The notes under the pieces were generated by a model. It searched no databases. It saw only the letters and a program-made list of their open reading frames with translations, and was not told the DNA's origin. This document shows positions 18,207-27,339 of a DNA stretch of 64,000 bases, one piece after another. This DNA comes from an uncultured Anaerolineales bacterium (GTDB lineage: Bacteria; Chloroflexota; Anaerolineae; Anaerolineales; UBA11858), in assembly GCA_964344175.1 (NCBI GenBank), contig CAYFMI010000009.1, positions 1,148 to 65,147 on the forward strand. Reading direction: 5' to 3'. Positions within the stretch are counted from its first letter, which is position 1. Each line of letters starts with the position of its first letter. Made by a program: the position numbers and the translations under genes.

Positions 18207-20132
18207 ATGCCTACCCTTATTGGTAGTTTACGAACCTTCAACCAGCTGCTGACTGCCGGCATCGCGATCACCGCATTTTCTCTATTGCTTTATGCGCTAT
18301 CGTTTAATCTACGTGATCGAGTAGCTCGTTCAGTAGCCGTCATTTTCTTCTGTGTGGTCATCGTCTTCGTTGGTGATGCAATTTCTAGCGTAACACTGCA
18401 AAGCGAGTTCAGGGATCTTTGGGTCAAACTCCAATGGGGCGGCGTCATCTTCCTACCACCATCGTATCTTCATTTTTCAGATGCCTTACTCGCCACAACT
18501 GGACGGCCTTCGCGCGGTCGCAGGCGGACAGTTATTCGGCTGATGTACCTGATCTCCGCAATCTTCATCGGAGCGCTTTTCTCGCCGCAGTTCATGGGCA
18601 CTGTAATCTACGCCGACCCTGCGCCCTATCTCTCTCCGACGATTGCTACATGGATATTCTTTGCCTTTTATACAATCAGCATGATCTGGGCGTGGATCAA
18701 TTTTGGACGCGCTTACCGACGTTCAGTTACCAGCACCAGCCGCCGACGCATGGGCTATCTTGTAGCCGGGGCGGTAGCCCCCGCGTTGAGCACCTTTCCA
18801 TACCTTACTTTTAGTTCAGGTTTTGTCACGCAACATCCGCTCATCTTCTGGCTGACTGCCAACCTGATTAACATTCTTACTTCGATTCTGATTGTCGTTA
18901 TGGCCTATGCGGTCGCTTTCTTTGGTGTATCCTGGCCTGATCGAGTAGTGAAACGGCGTTTGTTCAAATGGGTCATGCGCGGCCCGGTGACAGCATCCAC
19001 CGTATTGGCGGTAACCACGCTGGTGCGCCGCGCCGGAGAAACCCGGGGCGAAATCTACTCCGCGATGGTTCCCATCACTATGGTGGGGGCGCTGCTGCTG
19101 ATGCAGTATTCCATCACAATGTTAGCGCCGGTTTGGGAACGGGTGCTTTTCTACGGCGGCTCCAGCGATGGCTTGACATTAGTACAAACATTAGAAGAGC
19201 GGCTACTCACCACTGGCGATCTGAGTCAATTTCTCGAGTCGATTCTCACAGCCATGTGCGACCGCCTACAAGTTGATACAGCCTTCGTCGTCGTGCTGGT
19301 GCCCCAGGGCAGCGAGATGATGATTACTGTGGGGAAGGCCTATCAGTTAAGAGATGAAAATCTCCCCGAGGTTCTTCTGGATGCGGTTGCCCAAACCAAC
19401 GACACACAACCAGCAACCGAAGAAAATATTCGTTTGTTCACCTGGGGCGATTTTTGGCTGATCCCTGTATTCGATGAAAATTCTGATGCTGCCGAGGTCG
19501 AACATCCTCTTTTGGGCTTGCTGGGCATCGAGCATATTCAAGCCCAACACCCCGATGAAGAGCAAATGACTGCGCTAGAAACATTGACCCGGCGGGCTGC
19601 ACTGGCTTTGAAAGATCGCGCCCAACAACAATTGGTCTTCAATTCTCTAGAAGTGCTAACGCCTCAGGTAGACCATATCCAACGCTTGCGGGCTGCCGCC
19701 CGCTATGGAGACACCGCATTGCTAAGCCGAAAATCAGCCGACCTACCCGAAGGAGATGTCTCGAAATGGGTCAAGGAAGCGCTTAGCCATTATTGGGGAG
19801 GCCCTAAACTATCCAAGAGTCCTTTGCTGCGACTTCACGTTGTTCAAGAGGCTTTAGACGCGCACGAGGGAGTCTCAGTCAATGCCTTGCGGTCTATCTT
19901 GCGCAAGGGAATCGAACAAGTCCGCCCGGAAGGGAAAAGAAGGTTTACAACTGAATGGCTTTTGTATAATATTTTAGAGATGAAATTTATGGAAGGCCGC
20001 AAAGTTCGCGATGTGGCAACCCGTCTGGCAATGTCCGAGGCAGACCTGTACCGCAAGCAACGCGTGGCTATCGAGGCTGTTGCCCAAGCGATTATCGACA
20101 TGGAACAAGACGCCCGTTTAGATAGCGAATAA
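18207..20132 (+). CDS. polytopic membrane protein with cytoplasmic GAF-like region and C-terminal sigma70-region-4/LuxR-like HTH (membrane-embedded one-component regulator)
   Basis: about 7-8 N-terminal TM helices; C-terminus WLLYNILEMKFMEGRKVRDVATRLAMSEADLYRKQRVAIEAVAQAI resembles an HTH. Confidence 0.5.
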   Translation: MPTLIGSLRTFNQLLTAGIAITAFSLLLYALSFNLRDRVARSVAVIFFCVVIVFVGDAISSVTLQSEFRDLWVKLQWGGVIFLPPSYLHFSDALLATTGRPSRGRRRTVIRLMYLISAIFIGALFSPQFMGTVIYADPAPYLSPTIATWIFFAFYTISMIWAWINFGRAYRRSVTSTSRRRMGYLVAGAVAPALSTFPYLTFSSGFVTQHPLIFWLTANLINILTSILIVVMAYAVAFFGVSWPDRVVKRRLFKWVMRGPVTASTVLAVTTLVRRAGETRGEIYSAMVPITMVGALLLMQYSITMLAPVWERVLFYGGSSDGLTLVQTLEERLLTTGDLSQFLESILTAMCDRLQVDTAFVVVLVPQGSEMMITVGKAYQLRDENLPEVLLDAVAQTNDTQPATEENIRLFTWGDFWLIPVFDENSDAAEVEHPLLGLLGIEHIQAQHPDEEQMTALETLTRRAALALKDRAQQQLVFNSLEVLTPQVDHIQRLRAAARYGDTALLSRKSADLPEGDVSKWVKEALSHYWGGPKLSKSPLLRLHVVQEALDAHEGVSVNALRSILRKGIEQVRPEGKRRFTTEWLLYNILEMKFMEGRKVRDVATRLAMSEADLYRKQRVAIEAVAQAIIDMEQDARLDSE

Positions 20133-20296
20133 TTTAAGGAGGTACCATCGAAGATTTTGAGGGTCCCTGGGAAGCCCCGTGGTGGAGATTCACATTTTTT
20201 GGGGGGGGTTCTCACAGCAGTTCCCAAAGAGCCAATTTAGATTTTTTGCAATGGAGAGGCAAACAGGTACAAAATATTTACAGGCAAAGGCAAATT

Positions 20297-21244
20297 ATGA
20301 CACAAAAGGAAGATCGCATATCCGCCCCAGAAATCTCGCCCGATGAGGCTTGGTGGTCTGCTATTTTGGCAGACGCGGAGGCACAAGTGGGCGCAGAAAT
20401 ACGACAAGCCGAGACCAAAGATGAAGGATCTCCCAACGAAGAGATCGATTGGAAATGGGCCGAAAAGTTATACAAAAATGATGAGATCATCAAGCTGAAA
20501 GTCACCGGCTTTAATCGTGGCGGTCTGTTAGTAGAAGATGATCGCCTTCAGGGATTTGTCCCAATATCGCACTTGATCGAATTTTCGGAAGATGCATCCG
20601 AGGAACAACGCAAGGAAATTCTCGCATCGTATATCAATAAAGTGCTGCAACTTAAGGTTATCGAGTGCAGCCCCAAGCGCGAACGAGTAGTGCTTTCAGA
20701 ACGCGCCGCGTTGACAGCTCCTGGTAAACGCCTCGAGTTATTGCGCAAATTGGATACAGGGGTACATATTCTCGGACGCGTGACCACCATTACAAACTTC
20801 GGCGTTTTTGTCGACTTAGGCGGGATCGAGGGGCTGATCCATATCTCGGAGTTATCATGGGGACGCGTGACACACCCCAATGAAGTACTCACGCCCGGCG
20901 AGGAAATCGAGGTTTATGTATTGCAATTAGATCAAGAACGCTGCCGGGTAGCTCTCAGCCTCAAACGGTTGAAGCCCAACCCCTGGGAAACAGCGCATTT
21001 GCATTATCAGCCCGGCCAAGTCACTGATGCAGTGATTACGAACTTGATGCCGTATGGCGCTTTCGCCCGACTGGCCGAAGGGTTAGACGGCTTGATCCAT
21101 ATTTCGGAGATAACCGGCAACCCCAAGAAACCCGACGAAGTTCTGGCAGAAGGTCAAAGGGTCAAAGTATCCATTCTGAATATTGACACAGGCCGACAGC
21201 AGCTTGGCCTGCGGCTGCACGCTATCAACGGAGATGATATGTGA
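20297..21244 (+). CDS. S1 RNA-binding domain protein (three S1 repeats, ribosomal protein S1-like)
   Basis: three repeats of the G.V....GG.LV/FVDLGG.EGLIHISE pattern; start uncertain (ATG 20297, TTG 20246 or further upstream). Confidence 0.75.
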   Translation: MTQKEDRISAPEISPDEAWWSAILADAEAQVGAEIRQAETKDEGSPNEEIDWKWAEKLYKNDEIIKLKVTGFNRGGLLVEDDRLQGFVPISHLIEFSEDASEEQRKEILASYINKVLQLKVIECSPKRERVVLSERAALTAPGKRLELLRKLDTGVHILGRVTTITNFGVFVDLGGIEGLIHISELSWGRVTHPNEVLTPGEEIEVYVLQLDQERCRVALSLKRLKPNPWETAHLHYQPGQVTDAVITNLMPYGAFARLAEGLDGLIHISEITGNPKKPDEVLAEGQRVKVSILNIDTGRQQLGLRLHAINGDDM

Positions 21245-21822
21245 AAAGCGGGTGGGCGGTCGTTTTAGGCGTTCTCTTTGGGTTATTAGGGGCGGGGGCC
21301 GTGTTCCTTGCCAGCAGTCCGCCGCGTGGTAGGCCCATTGAGTTGCTGCCGCCGCCCACACCCATTCCTTTGCATGTGCATATCAGCGGGGAAGTTATCT
21401 CACCGGGTGTTTATACCCTGCCAATTAACAGCCGCCTAGAAGCTGCCATTCAGGCTGCGGGCGGCTTCACCGAAAACGCCCTCCAAGATGGGCTGAATCT
21501 GGCACAACCATTGCAGGATGGCGATAAAATCGAAATCCCTTCCATGGAGATAGCGAGGACAACATCAAGTGCAGAAACCGACCTCACAATTGAGCGCCAA
21601 CCGCAAGCGGAATCGACCGCCCTTATCAACATCAATACAGCCTCCCAAACCGAATTGGAGTCACTCCCCGGTATTGGCCCAATCACTGCTGAAAAAATCA
21701 TCGCCTACCGTCAGGAGAATGGGCCTTTCACAGCGATCGAAGAAATTCAGAAAGTATCGGGAATCGGGCCGGCAACTTTTGAGCGCATTCAGACACTCAT
21801 CACAATAGAACAATCCCCATGA
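21241..21822 (+). CDS. comEA: ComEA-family helix-hairpin-helix DNA-binding protein
   Basis: N-terminal TM, SLBB-like middle, C-terminal NINTASQTELESLPGIGPITAEKII...VSGIGPATFERI; GTGA overlap with upstream stop. Confidence 0.8.
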   Translation: MKSGWAVVLGVLFGLLGAGAVFLASSPPRGRPIELLPPPTPIPLHVHISGEVISPGVYTLPINSRLEAAIQAAGGFTENALQDGLNLAQPLQDGDKIEIPSMEIARTTSSAETDLTIERQPQAESTALININTASQTELESLPGIGPITAEKIIAYRQENGPFTAIEEIQKVSGIGPATFERIQTLITIEQSP

Positions 21823-24590
21823 AACTCTTACAAGCGATTAGTTACTGGCTAAACCGAACCATCCCGCTGCTAATGGCAGTCATTGCGCTGGGCGTATTAT
21901 TACTCACGCCGGTTTGGGCCTGGGCCTGGATGGATCAACCTTTCATGGGTTTGTTTTTAGAACCCAACAATGTGGTCAGTCAGGTCGCACGCGAAGGCTG
22001 GCCCGCCAAAGAATACGGCGCACAAGATTACGACCGTCTCATTGCAATCAACGACCACCCCACAGCCAATAGCCAAGAGATTCGCCAGGTATTGCTGCAA
22101 ACGCAAGGGGCGGTTGAACTTACGTTTGCAGCACAAGAAGGCGAAACCTACCGCATCACCGTAACGCCCCGTCAGTTTAACTCAATTGAACTGGTGATGT
22201 GGTATATCATCCCCTACATCGTGGGAGTTGCGTTCTGGGGGATCGGGGTATGGGCTTATCGTCTGAGTAATGACAAACGCTCATCTCTGGCATTCCTGAC
22301 TTTCACATCTGCGGCCAGCATGATCACGGCGGCCTATTTCGACATGAACACCAGCCAAAATTTTGCGTTAGGCTGGGCGCTAAGCCTGCCCATCGCCGGA
22401 GGAGCGTTGTTACACCTGGGGATGGACTTCCCGCAACGAATGCCCTTTGTAAAGCGCCGCCCGCGCTGGCATCTCTTGCCGTGGGTCTTGACCATCCTTT
22501 TTGTTTTCCCCATCACGCGCGAGATTCTTGCACCAACGCACCCATGGGGGTATATCAACACCTGGCTGTGGAGTTATGCCTATATCAGCGGCGGCATTCT
22601 GATATTCCTAATCTCACTCATCCTGCGAGTAGCAAACAGCGAATCGGCCATGATCCGTCAGCAAAGCCGCATCATTGTCTTTGGATCGGCGTTGGCTTTC
22701 GGCCCCATATTTATCACTTTTTTGCTGCCTTCGGCATTCGGTCAACTCGTTCAATTCCAGGTAAATATCGCTTTCCCGGTGCTTATCATCTTCCCCCTCT
22801 CGGTGGCTTATGCGCTGGTACGTTACCGCATGCTGGATGTCGACCGCATCATGGGAGCAACACTGACCTACGCGCTGACAGCGACCGGCGCAGTAGGGGT
22901 TTTCTACCTGCTCATCACGCTGCTTTCGCTGGTGCTGCCCAGCGAGATCATCCCGAACGACCCGATGGTGATGGCGCTTTATTTGTTGCTACTGGTGGTA
23001 GGGCTGAATCCATTGCGCAATTTGATGACCCGCGCCATCAACCGGATTTTCTATCGTACACGGGCCGACTACCGCCGGGCGCTGACACATCTCTCACGCG
23101 AGCTGGTCATCTCTCCACAAATGGAACACACCCTGCAAATGCTAAAGCAAGAGATCTATGCCGCGTTGGCTCCCAAACAGGTTCTGATCTATTTGTATGA
23201 TGATCAGGAGGGGATTTACCGCCCTCAAAACCCCGGTACTACGCGCGAGATCAGCCTGGCAGCCGAGCATCCTTTGGTGGAGGTTCTCACCCAGGGGGCG
23301 GGTGGCATCTGGTTCCCTCCGGGACGCTCTCTACCCGAGGCATTAACCAACGAGAGCGCTACCCTGGAAAAAATGGGCTGCCGGGTGTTCATTCCCTTGC
23401 ACTACGAAGGCAAGATGATTGGTTTTCTTGCGCTGGGTTCGCGCCGCTCTGGAGAGCCATATACCAGCGATGACCTCGATTTTTTGGAGGCGGTCGCCGG
23501 GCAATCGTCCTTAGCATTAGAAAATGTGCGCCTTTTCGCCAACCTGCAAGAGACGCTCAATCAAACCCTTGAGATGAAAAACCTGATGGATGACATCTTC
23601 GCATCGATGTCGTCGGGGATCATAACAACAGACTTGAATCGTAAAATCACCCTCTTCAATCAAGCCGCAGCGAGTATTCTGGGCATTCCGATCCAGCAGG
23701 TGATGGGCCGCACCCTCGGTGAAGCTCTGCCAGAATTTGGGCCGCATTTCTTGCTGATGGCCGCCGCCACCATGCGCGAGGGCACAGCCATTGTAGGAGA
23801 AGAGTTCAACCCAATACTATTACAACGTGGCCCGTTATTCTTGCGTCTCTCAAGCACCCCATTGCGCGATGCGCAATTGAATACCAAAGGCGCAACCATT
23901 GTGATTGATGATCTTACCCGACAGCGTACCCTCGAAGCTGAGCAAGAGCGCATTCGTCAGACCTTCGGCAAAGTAGTTGCGCCGCGTGTACGCGATCGTT
24001 TGCTGGCCGACCCCGGCAACCTGCGCCTGGATGGTATCCGTCAACCACTAACCGTCCTCTTCGCCGATATTCACAACTTCACCCCTTTTAGTGAGCGGAC
24101 GCGCCCTGAAGCGCTGTTCGAAGTGCTCAACTCGTACCTTTCTCTAGCTGCTCAAGCCGTCCTCACCGAAGAGGGCACCCTCGACAAATTCATGGGTGAT
24201 GCGGTGATGGCTTTTTGGAATGCGCCTGATCCGCAGCAAGACCATGTCTTACGTGCGGCGCGCGCGGCCCTGGCCATGGACGCTGCCATCCGCAAGCACC
24301 GCTCGGAGGTGACCCAAGCGCACCGGTTATTTTTCAGCATCGGCATTAACACCGGCGAAGCCATGGTCGGCAATGTTGGCACCAGCGACCTCTTCAATTA
24401 CACCGTCATCGGCGATGCTGTAAACTATGCCCAACGCCTGGAGTCGATTGCCGCACCGGGGCAAATTTTGCTCTCAGAGAACGCCTATCGCTCTATTGCG
24501 CCGCTGGTCATCGCCAAAAAATTACCAACTCTGCGCGTGAAGGGAAAATCTGAACCGGTGGTGGTTTACGAGCTTAAGGGGTTGAAATAG
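21819..24590 (+). CDS. membrane-bound class III adenylate/guanylate cyclase with GAF and PAS sensor domains
   Basis: about 8 TM helices, GAF-like and PAS-like regions, cyclase core LTVLFADIHNFTPFSE...FMGDAVMAFWNAP...GINTGEAMVGNVG; ATGA overlap with comEA. Confidence 0.8.
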   Translation: MKLLQAISYWLNRTIPLLMAVIALGVLLLTPVWAWAWMDQPFMGLFLEPNNVVSQVAREGWPAKEYGAQDYDRLIAINDHPTANSQEIRQVLLQTQGAVELTFAAQEGETYRITVTPRQFNSIELVMWYIIPYIVGVAFWGIGVWAYRLSNDKRSSLAFLTFTSAASMITAAYFDMNTSQNFALGWALSLPIAGGALLHLGMDFPQRMPFVKRRPRWHLLPWVLTILFVFPITREILAPTHPWGYINTWLWSYAYISGGILIFLISLILRVANSESAMIRQQSRIIVFGSALAFGPIFITFLLPSAFGQLVQFQVNIAFPVLIIFPLSVAYALVRYRMLDVDRIMGATLTYALTATGAVGVFYLLITLLSLVLPSEIIPNDPMVMALYLLLLVVGLNPLRNLMTRAINRIFYRTRADYRRALTHLSRELVISPQMEHTLQMLKQEIYAALAPKQVLIYLYDDQEGIYRPQNPGTTREISLAAEHPLVEVLTQGAGGIWFPPGRSLPEALTNESATLEKMGCRVFIPLHYEGKMIGFLALGSRRSGEPYTSDDLDFLEAVAGQSSLALENVRLFANLQETLNQTLEMKNLMDDIFASMSSGIITTDLNRKITLFNQAAASILGIPIQQVMGRTLGEALPEFGPHFLLMAAATMREGTAIVGEEFNPILLQRGPLFLRLSSTPLRDAQLNTKGATIVIDDLTRQRTLEAEQERIRQTFGKVVAPRVRDRLLADPGNLRLDGIRQPLTVLFADIHNFTPFSERTRPEALFEVLNSYLSLAAQAVLTEEGTLDKFMGDAVMAFWNAPDPQQDHVLRAARAALAMDAAIRKHRSEVTQAHRLFFSIGINTGEAMVGNVGTSDLFNYTVIGDAVNYAQRLESIAAPGQILLSENAYRSIAPLVIAKKLPTLRVKGKSEPVVVYELKGLK

Positions 24591-24667
24591 CTCATCTGAA
24601 ACAGCTTACAACTTTCTGTTAGCATGTGCGTATATGGGGGTAAGTATAAGAATAGGAGAATACACCC

Positions 24668-24910
24668 ATGTCTGAAAACTATAAACGTCTTTACCGTTCA
24701 CAAGATGACCGTATGATCGCAGGGGTTTGCGGTGGTTTGGGCGAATATTTCGATATTGACCCCACGCTGATGCGCCTGATCTTTGTCTTTGGCACGTTTA
24801 TTACCGGCAGCGCTCTACTCTGGGCTTATCTCATCATGCTGCTGGTTGTCCCTGAGGAAATCCCCGCGTCGGAAGCCGTCGTTACCTCCACAGCGGAAAA
24901 TGTGCAATAA
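24668..24910 (+). CDS. PspC domain membrane protein
   Basis: RLYRSQDDRMIAGVCGGLGEYFDIDPTLMRLIFV followed by a TM helix. Confidence 0.75.
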   Translation: MSENYKRLYRSQDDRMIAGVCGGLGEYFDIDPTLMRLIFVFGTFITGSALLWAYLIMLLVVPEEIPASEAVVTSTAENVQ

Positions 24911-24933
24911 CCCCCCACCTTATTCGCGTAATA

Positions 24934-24966
24934 AGCCCCTTAGGATTTTGAAAATCCTAAGGGGCT
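24934..24966. terminator. bidirectional hairpin between convergent pspC-like and ybaK genes
   Basis: AGCCCCTTAGGATTTT-g-AAAATCCTAAGGGGCT; overlaps the last codons of ybaK. Confidence 0.6.
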
Positions 24967-25439
24967 GAATTTATCCCTATCAACGCAAAGCGGGTGTTGG
25001 TTAATTTTGCCAGGGCCTTAACCGGCAAGCGGATATTCAACCCGCGCTGCCCGCCGGATATGTGAATTTCTTCAAAATTGCGCGCCGTAACATCGATCAC
25101 TACCTGAAAGCCGCGATTGAGCAGCGCAAGCGGAGATATTCCCCCCGCTTGCAGGCCGGTAAGTTCTTCGGCCTCGCGCTGGGTCGTCAGTTTGACCTTT
25201 TTCTCCCCCAGAAATTTTGCCAACAATTTCAAATCGACTTCCGCTGAAGCAGGAATAACCGCCAAAATCGGTTTGCCGCGTGCCGGGCGGGTAACCACAA
25301 TGGTCTTGAAAACCTGTTCCGGCGGAACACCCAGCAACTCGGCAGTCTTTAGCGCGCCTAGTTTTTCTTCGGGTAGTTCAAATACCTGATAGGGGATTTT
25401 TCGCTGATCGAGCAGACGGGTGACATTATTCTTGGTCAT
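24957..25439 (-). CDS. ybaK: Cys-tRNA(Pro)/Cys-tRNA(Cys) deacylase YbaK/EbsC family
   Basis: N-terminal TRLLDQRKIPYQVFE, KTIVV, GGISPL motifs. Confidence 0.8.
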   Translation of the reverse strand: MTKNNVTRLLDQRKIPYQVFELPEEKLGALKTAELLGVPPEQVFKTIVVTRPARGKPILAVIPASAEVDLKLLAKFLGEKKVKLTTQREAEELTGLQAGGISPLALLNRGFQVVIDVTARNFEEIHISGGQRGLNIRLPVKALAKLTNTRFALIGINSAP

Positions 25440-25491
25440 GATTCACATTTGATGAAAGGCTGAACAATCGCCTTGAATTCTCGTTCCGGTG

Positions 25492-26073
25492 TCATCGCAC
25501 TGCCGCGATCTGATGTACCAGACACGCATTCCAAACTTCTTGGGGAAAGATGATACTACTCGTTCCGGGCAAATCAGGAACCCCCTCTCCGGTATTAAGA
25601 TTAATACCATGTTGAATATAGGCCTTGTAGGCAAGCTGGCTGCAATAAAAGTTTTCATCGTTTTCCGAATCGAGAAAATTAATGTTATAGCGTTTGCGTG
25701 CCTGAGCCTGGGCTAAACAATAGGCTGCAACCGACTCTCGGATGCGAAACTCCTCCTCATTGGTTAGCCCCCTCTCAGCCAAAGGATAGGCCACCCCATA
25801 AAATTGATCCAGAAACCGCCCGCGGTGCTTGCTCATTTTTCCGGGCAACCAGCCATCTTCGTCGATTTCAAAAGCAATCACACCTCGACAGCCAGACTCA
25901 ACACAGCGGCCATCCGGCCCAATGTAGATGGCAATATGATCCACCGGGCCGGGCATCAAGCGCCCCAGCAGACGCCAGAATTCTCCGGCCTGGATCTCAA
26001 GTTCAATATCCGTCGTACCAATAATATCCCCGGTTTGCAGGTGTATCCCTTCGATTTGATGAGAATAGATCAT
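25492..26073 (-). CDS. hypothetical; possible YiiX/YaeF-type permuted papain-like (NlpC/P60 superfamily) hydrolase
   Basis: HIAIYIG ... FYCSQLAYKAY (His before Cys, permuted order); ATGA coupling to ridA at 26070-26073. Confidence 0.4.
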   Translation of the reverse strand: MIYSHQIEGIHLQTGDIIGTTDIELEIQAGEFWRLLGRLMPGPVDHIAIYIGPDGRCVESGCRGVIAFEIDEDGWLPGKMSKHRGRFLDQFYGVAYPLAERGLTNEEEFRIRESVAAYCLAQAQARKRYNINFLDSENDENFYCSQLAYKAYIQHGINLNTGEGVPDLPGTSSIIFPQEVWNACLVHQIAAVR

Positions 26074-26450
26074 GATTGAATTTCGGCAATACACTCGATT
26101 TCGACCAATGCATCAAGCGGGTTTTCTCGCACCGCAATGGTTGTGCGTGCCGGGCGGTGCTCGCCGAACATTTCGGCATATACCCTGTTCATGCCCTGAA
26201 AATCGGCCATATCTTTCAAGAACACCGACGTCTTGACAACACTCTGCAACGAAAGCCCCAGCTCTTTGAGTACCGTTTCCAAATTCGTGAGGGCCTGTCG
26301 CGTTTGTGCGCCAATCTCATCTCCCACCAGCTGCATGGTCTGGGGGTCAAGCGGTGTCTGTCCAGAACAGAACACCAAATTTCCAGATTTCATGGCGTGG
26401 CAATAGGGGCCAATGGCGGCAGGTGCGCCGTTTACAAATTTCGATTCCAT
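26070..26450 (-). CDS. ridA: RidA/YjgF-family reactive intermediate deaminase
   Basis: APAAIGPY, GQTPLDP, ARTTIAV, EIECIA motifs; 126 aa. Confidence 0.85.
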   Translation of the reverse strand: MESKFVNGAPAAIGPYCHAMKSGNLVFCSGQTPLDPQTMQLVGDEIGAQTRQALTNLETVLKELGLSLQSVVKTSVFLKDMADFQGMNRVYAEMFGEHRPARTTIAVRENPLDALVEIECIAEIQS

Positions 26451-26490
26451 GAGTACTCCATTAATTTCGATACAAGTTTACCAAGTTCGG

Positions 26491-27009
26491 CTATTTATAT
26501 TTCATCATTTTCAGGGTGGTTTTTAGCACCCGCCAGGTGAAGCGGCCAAAAAACACAACTGCACCAATAAAGGATACGCCAAGGAATATCCCCCACATTA
26601 ATTCAACCCAGGCTGCATCTAGCATACCGATGATTGCATACATACTCACAAACAACAGGGTCAGCAGACCAACGACAGTGAAGAATACCCAAAAAGCCAC
26701 GGAAACAAAAGCTGCCGCGTTCCATCCACCGAAGGCAATTCCGCGACCTTGCCAAATTTCATCATCATCTGTTGGGACATCAAACCCCGCGACCTCTTCG
26801 CGCTGGATGCCGTAACCAGGGTGCGTCATTATCTCGAAAGCAGCCGAGGGGGTAATGGCATCTTTCGCCAGCGCCTTCTGCGCATTTTTTTGTGTTTTGC
26901 GTTGCCAGCGTAAGCGGTCGCGGGATGATGCATACTGTGGAAACTTCACCATCATGTATGTGAATCCGCCAATTACCACACTGCTAACAATATAGCCCCA
27001 TATACTCAT
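26491..27009 (-). CDS. hypothetical membrane protein
   Basis: N-terminal TM helix, basic linker, 3 C-terminal TM helices; GGGAGA SD. Confidence 0.45.
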   Translation of the reverse strand: MSIWGYIVSSVVIGGFTYMMVKFPQYASSRDRLRWQRKTQKNAQKALAKDAITPSAAFEIMTHPGYGIQREEVAGFDVPTDDDEIWQGRGIAFGGWNAAAFVSVAFWVFFTVVGLLTLLFVSMYAIIGMLDAAWVELMWGIFLGVSFIGAVVFFGRFTWRVLKTTLKMMKYK

Positions 27010-27139
27010 GTTCTCATCTCCCTAGAAGCATTGATCACAGCGCTACTGCACAGAACCAGAAGTGCTGATCTACCCAATTTACAATAGGCTGCTGTGGAAT
27101 CAAGTATATATAAGGATACGCCAGAACGCAACTGGATTG

Positions 27140-27299
27140 ATCTGCCCCTTCAGGGCTTTCTTAAAGTCGAAACGAAAAGCGCTTTTACCGCTGAGAGCGC
27201 AAAGAACGCAGAGAAAAATTTAAAAAACTCAGCGAACCCGGCGTTCTCTGCGGTAAATTTCTGGTATAGCACAAATTTAAGAAAGCCGTGTCTGCCCCT
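27140..27299. mobile_element. MITE-like non-coding element: 10-bp direct repeat TCTGCCCCTT flanking a 140-bp body with 14-nt inverted ends
   Basis: ends CAGGGCTTTCTTAA (27150-27163) and TTAAGAAAGCCGTG (27276-27289) match 13/14; internal 12-bp palindrome AAAAGCGCTTTT and long hairpin 27187-27252. Confidence 0.5.
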
Positions 27300-27339
27300 T
27301 GGTGGATCTCCCCGCGAGGTTTGAGTGGGGCCGTGTTCG

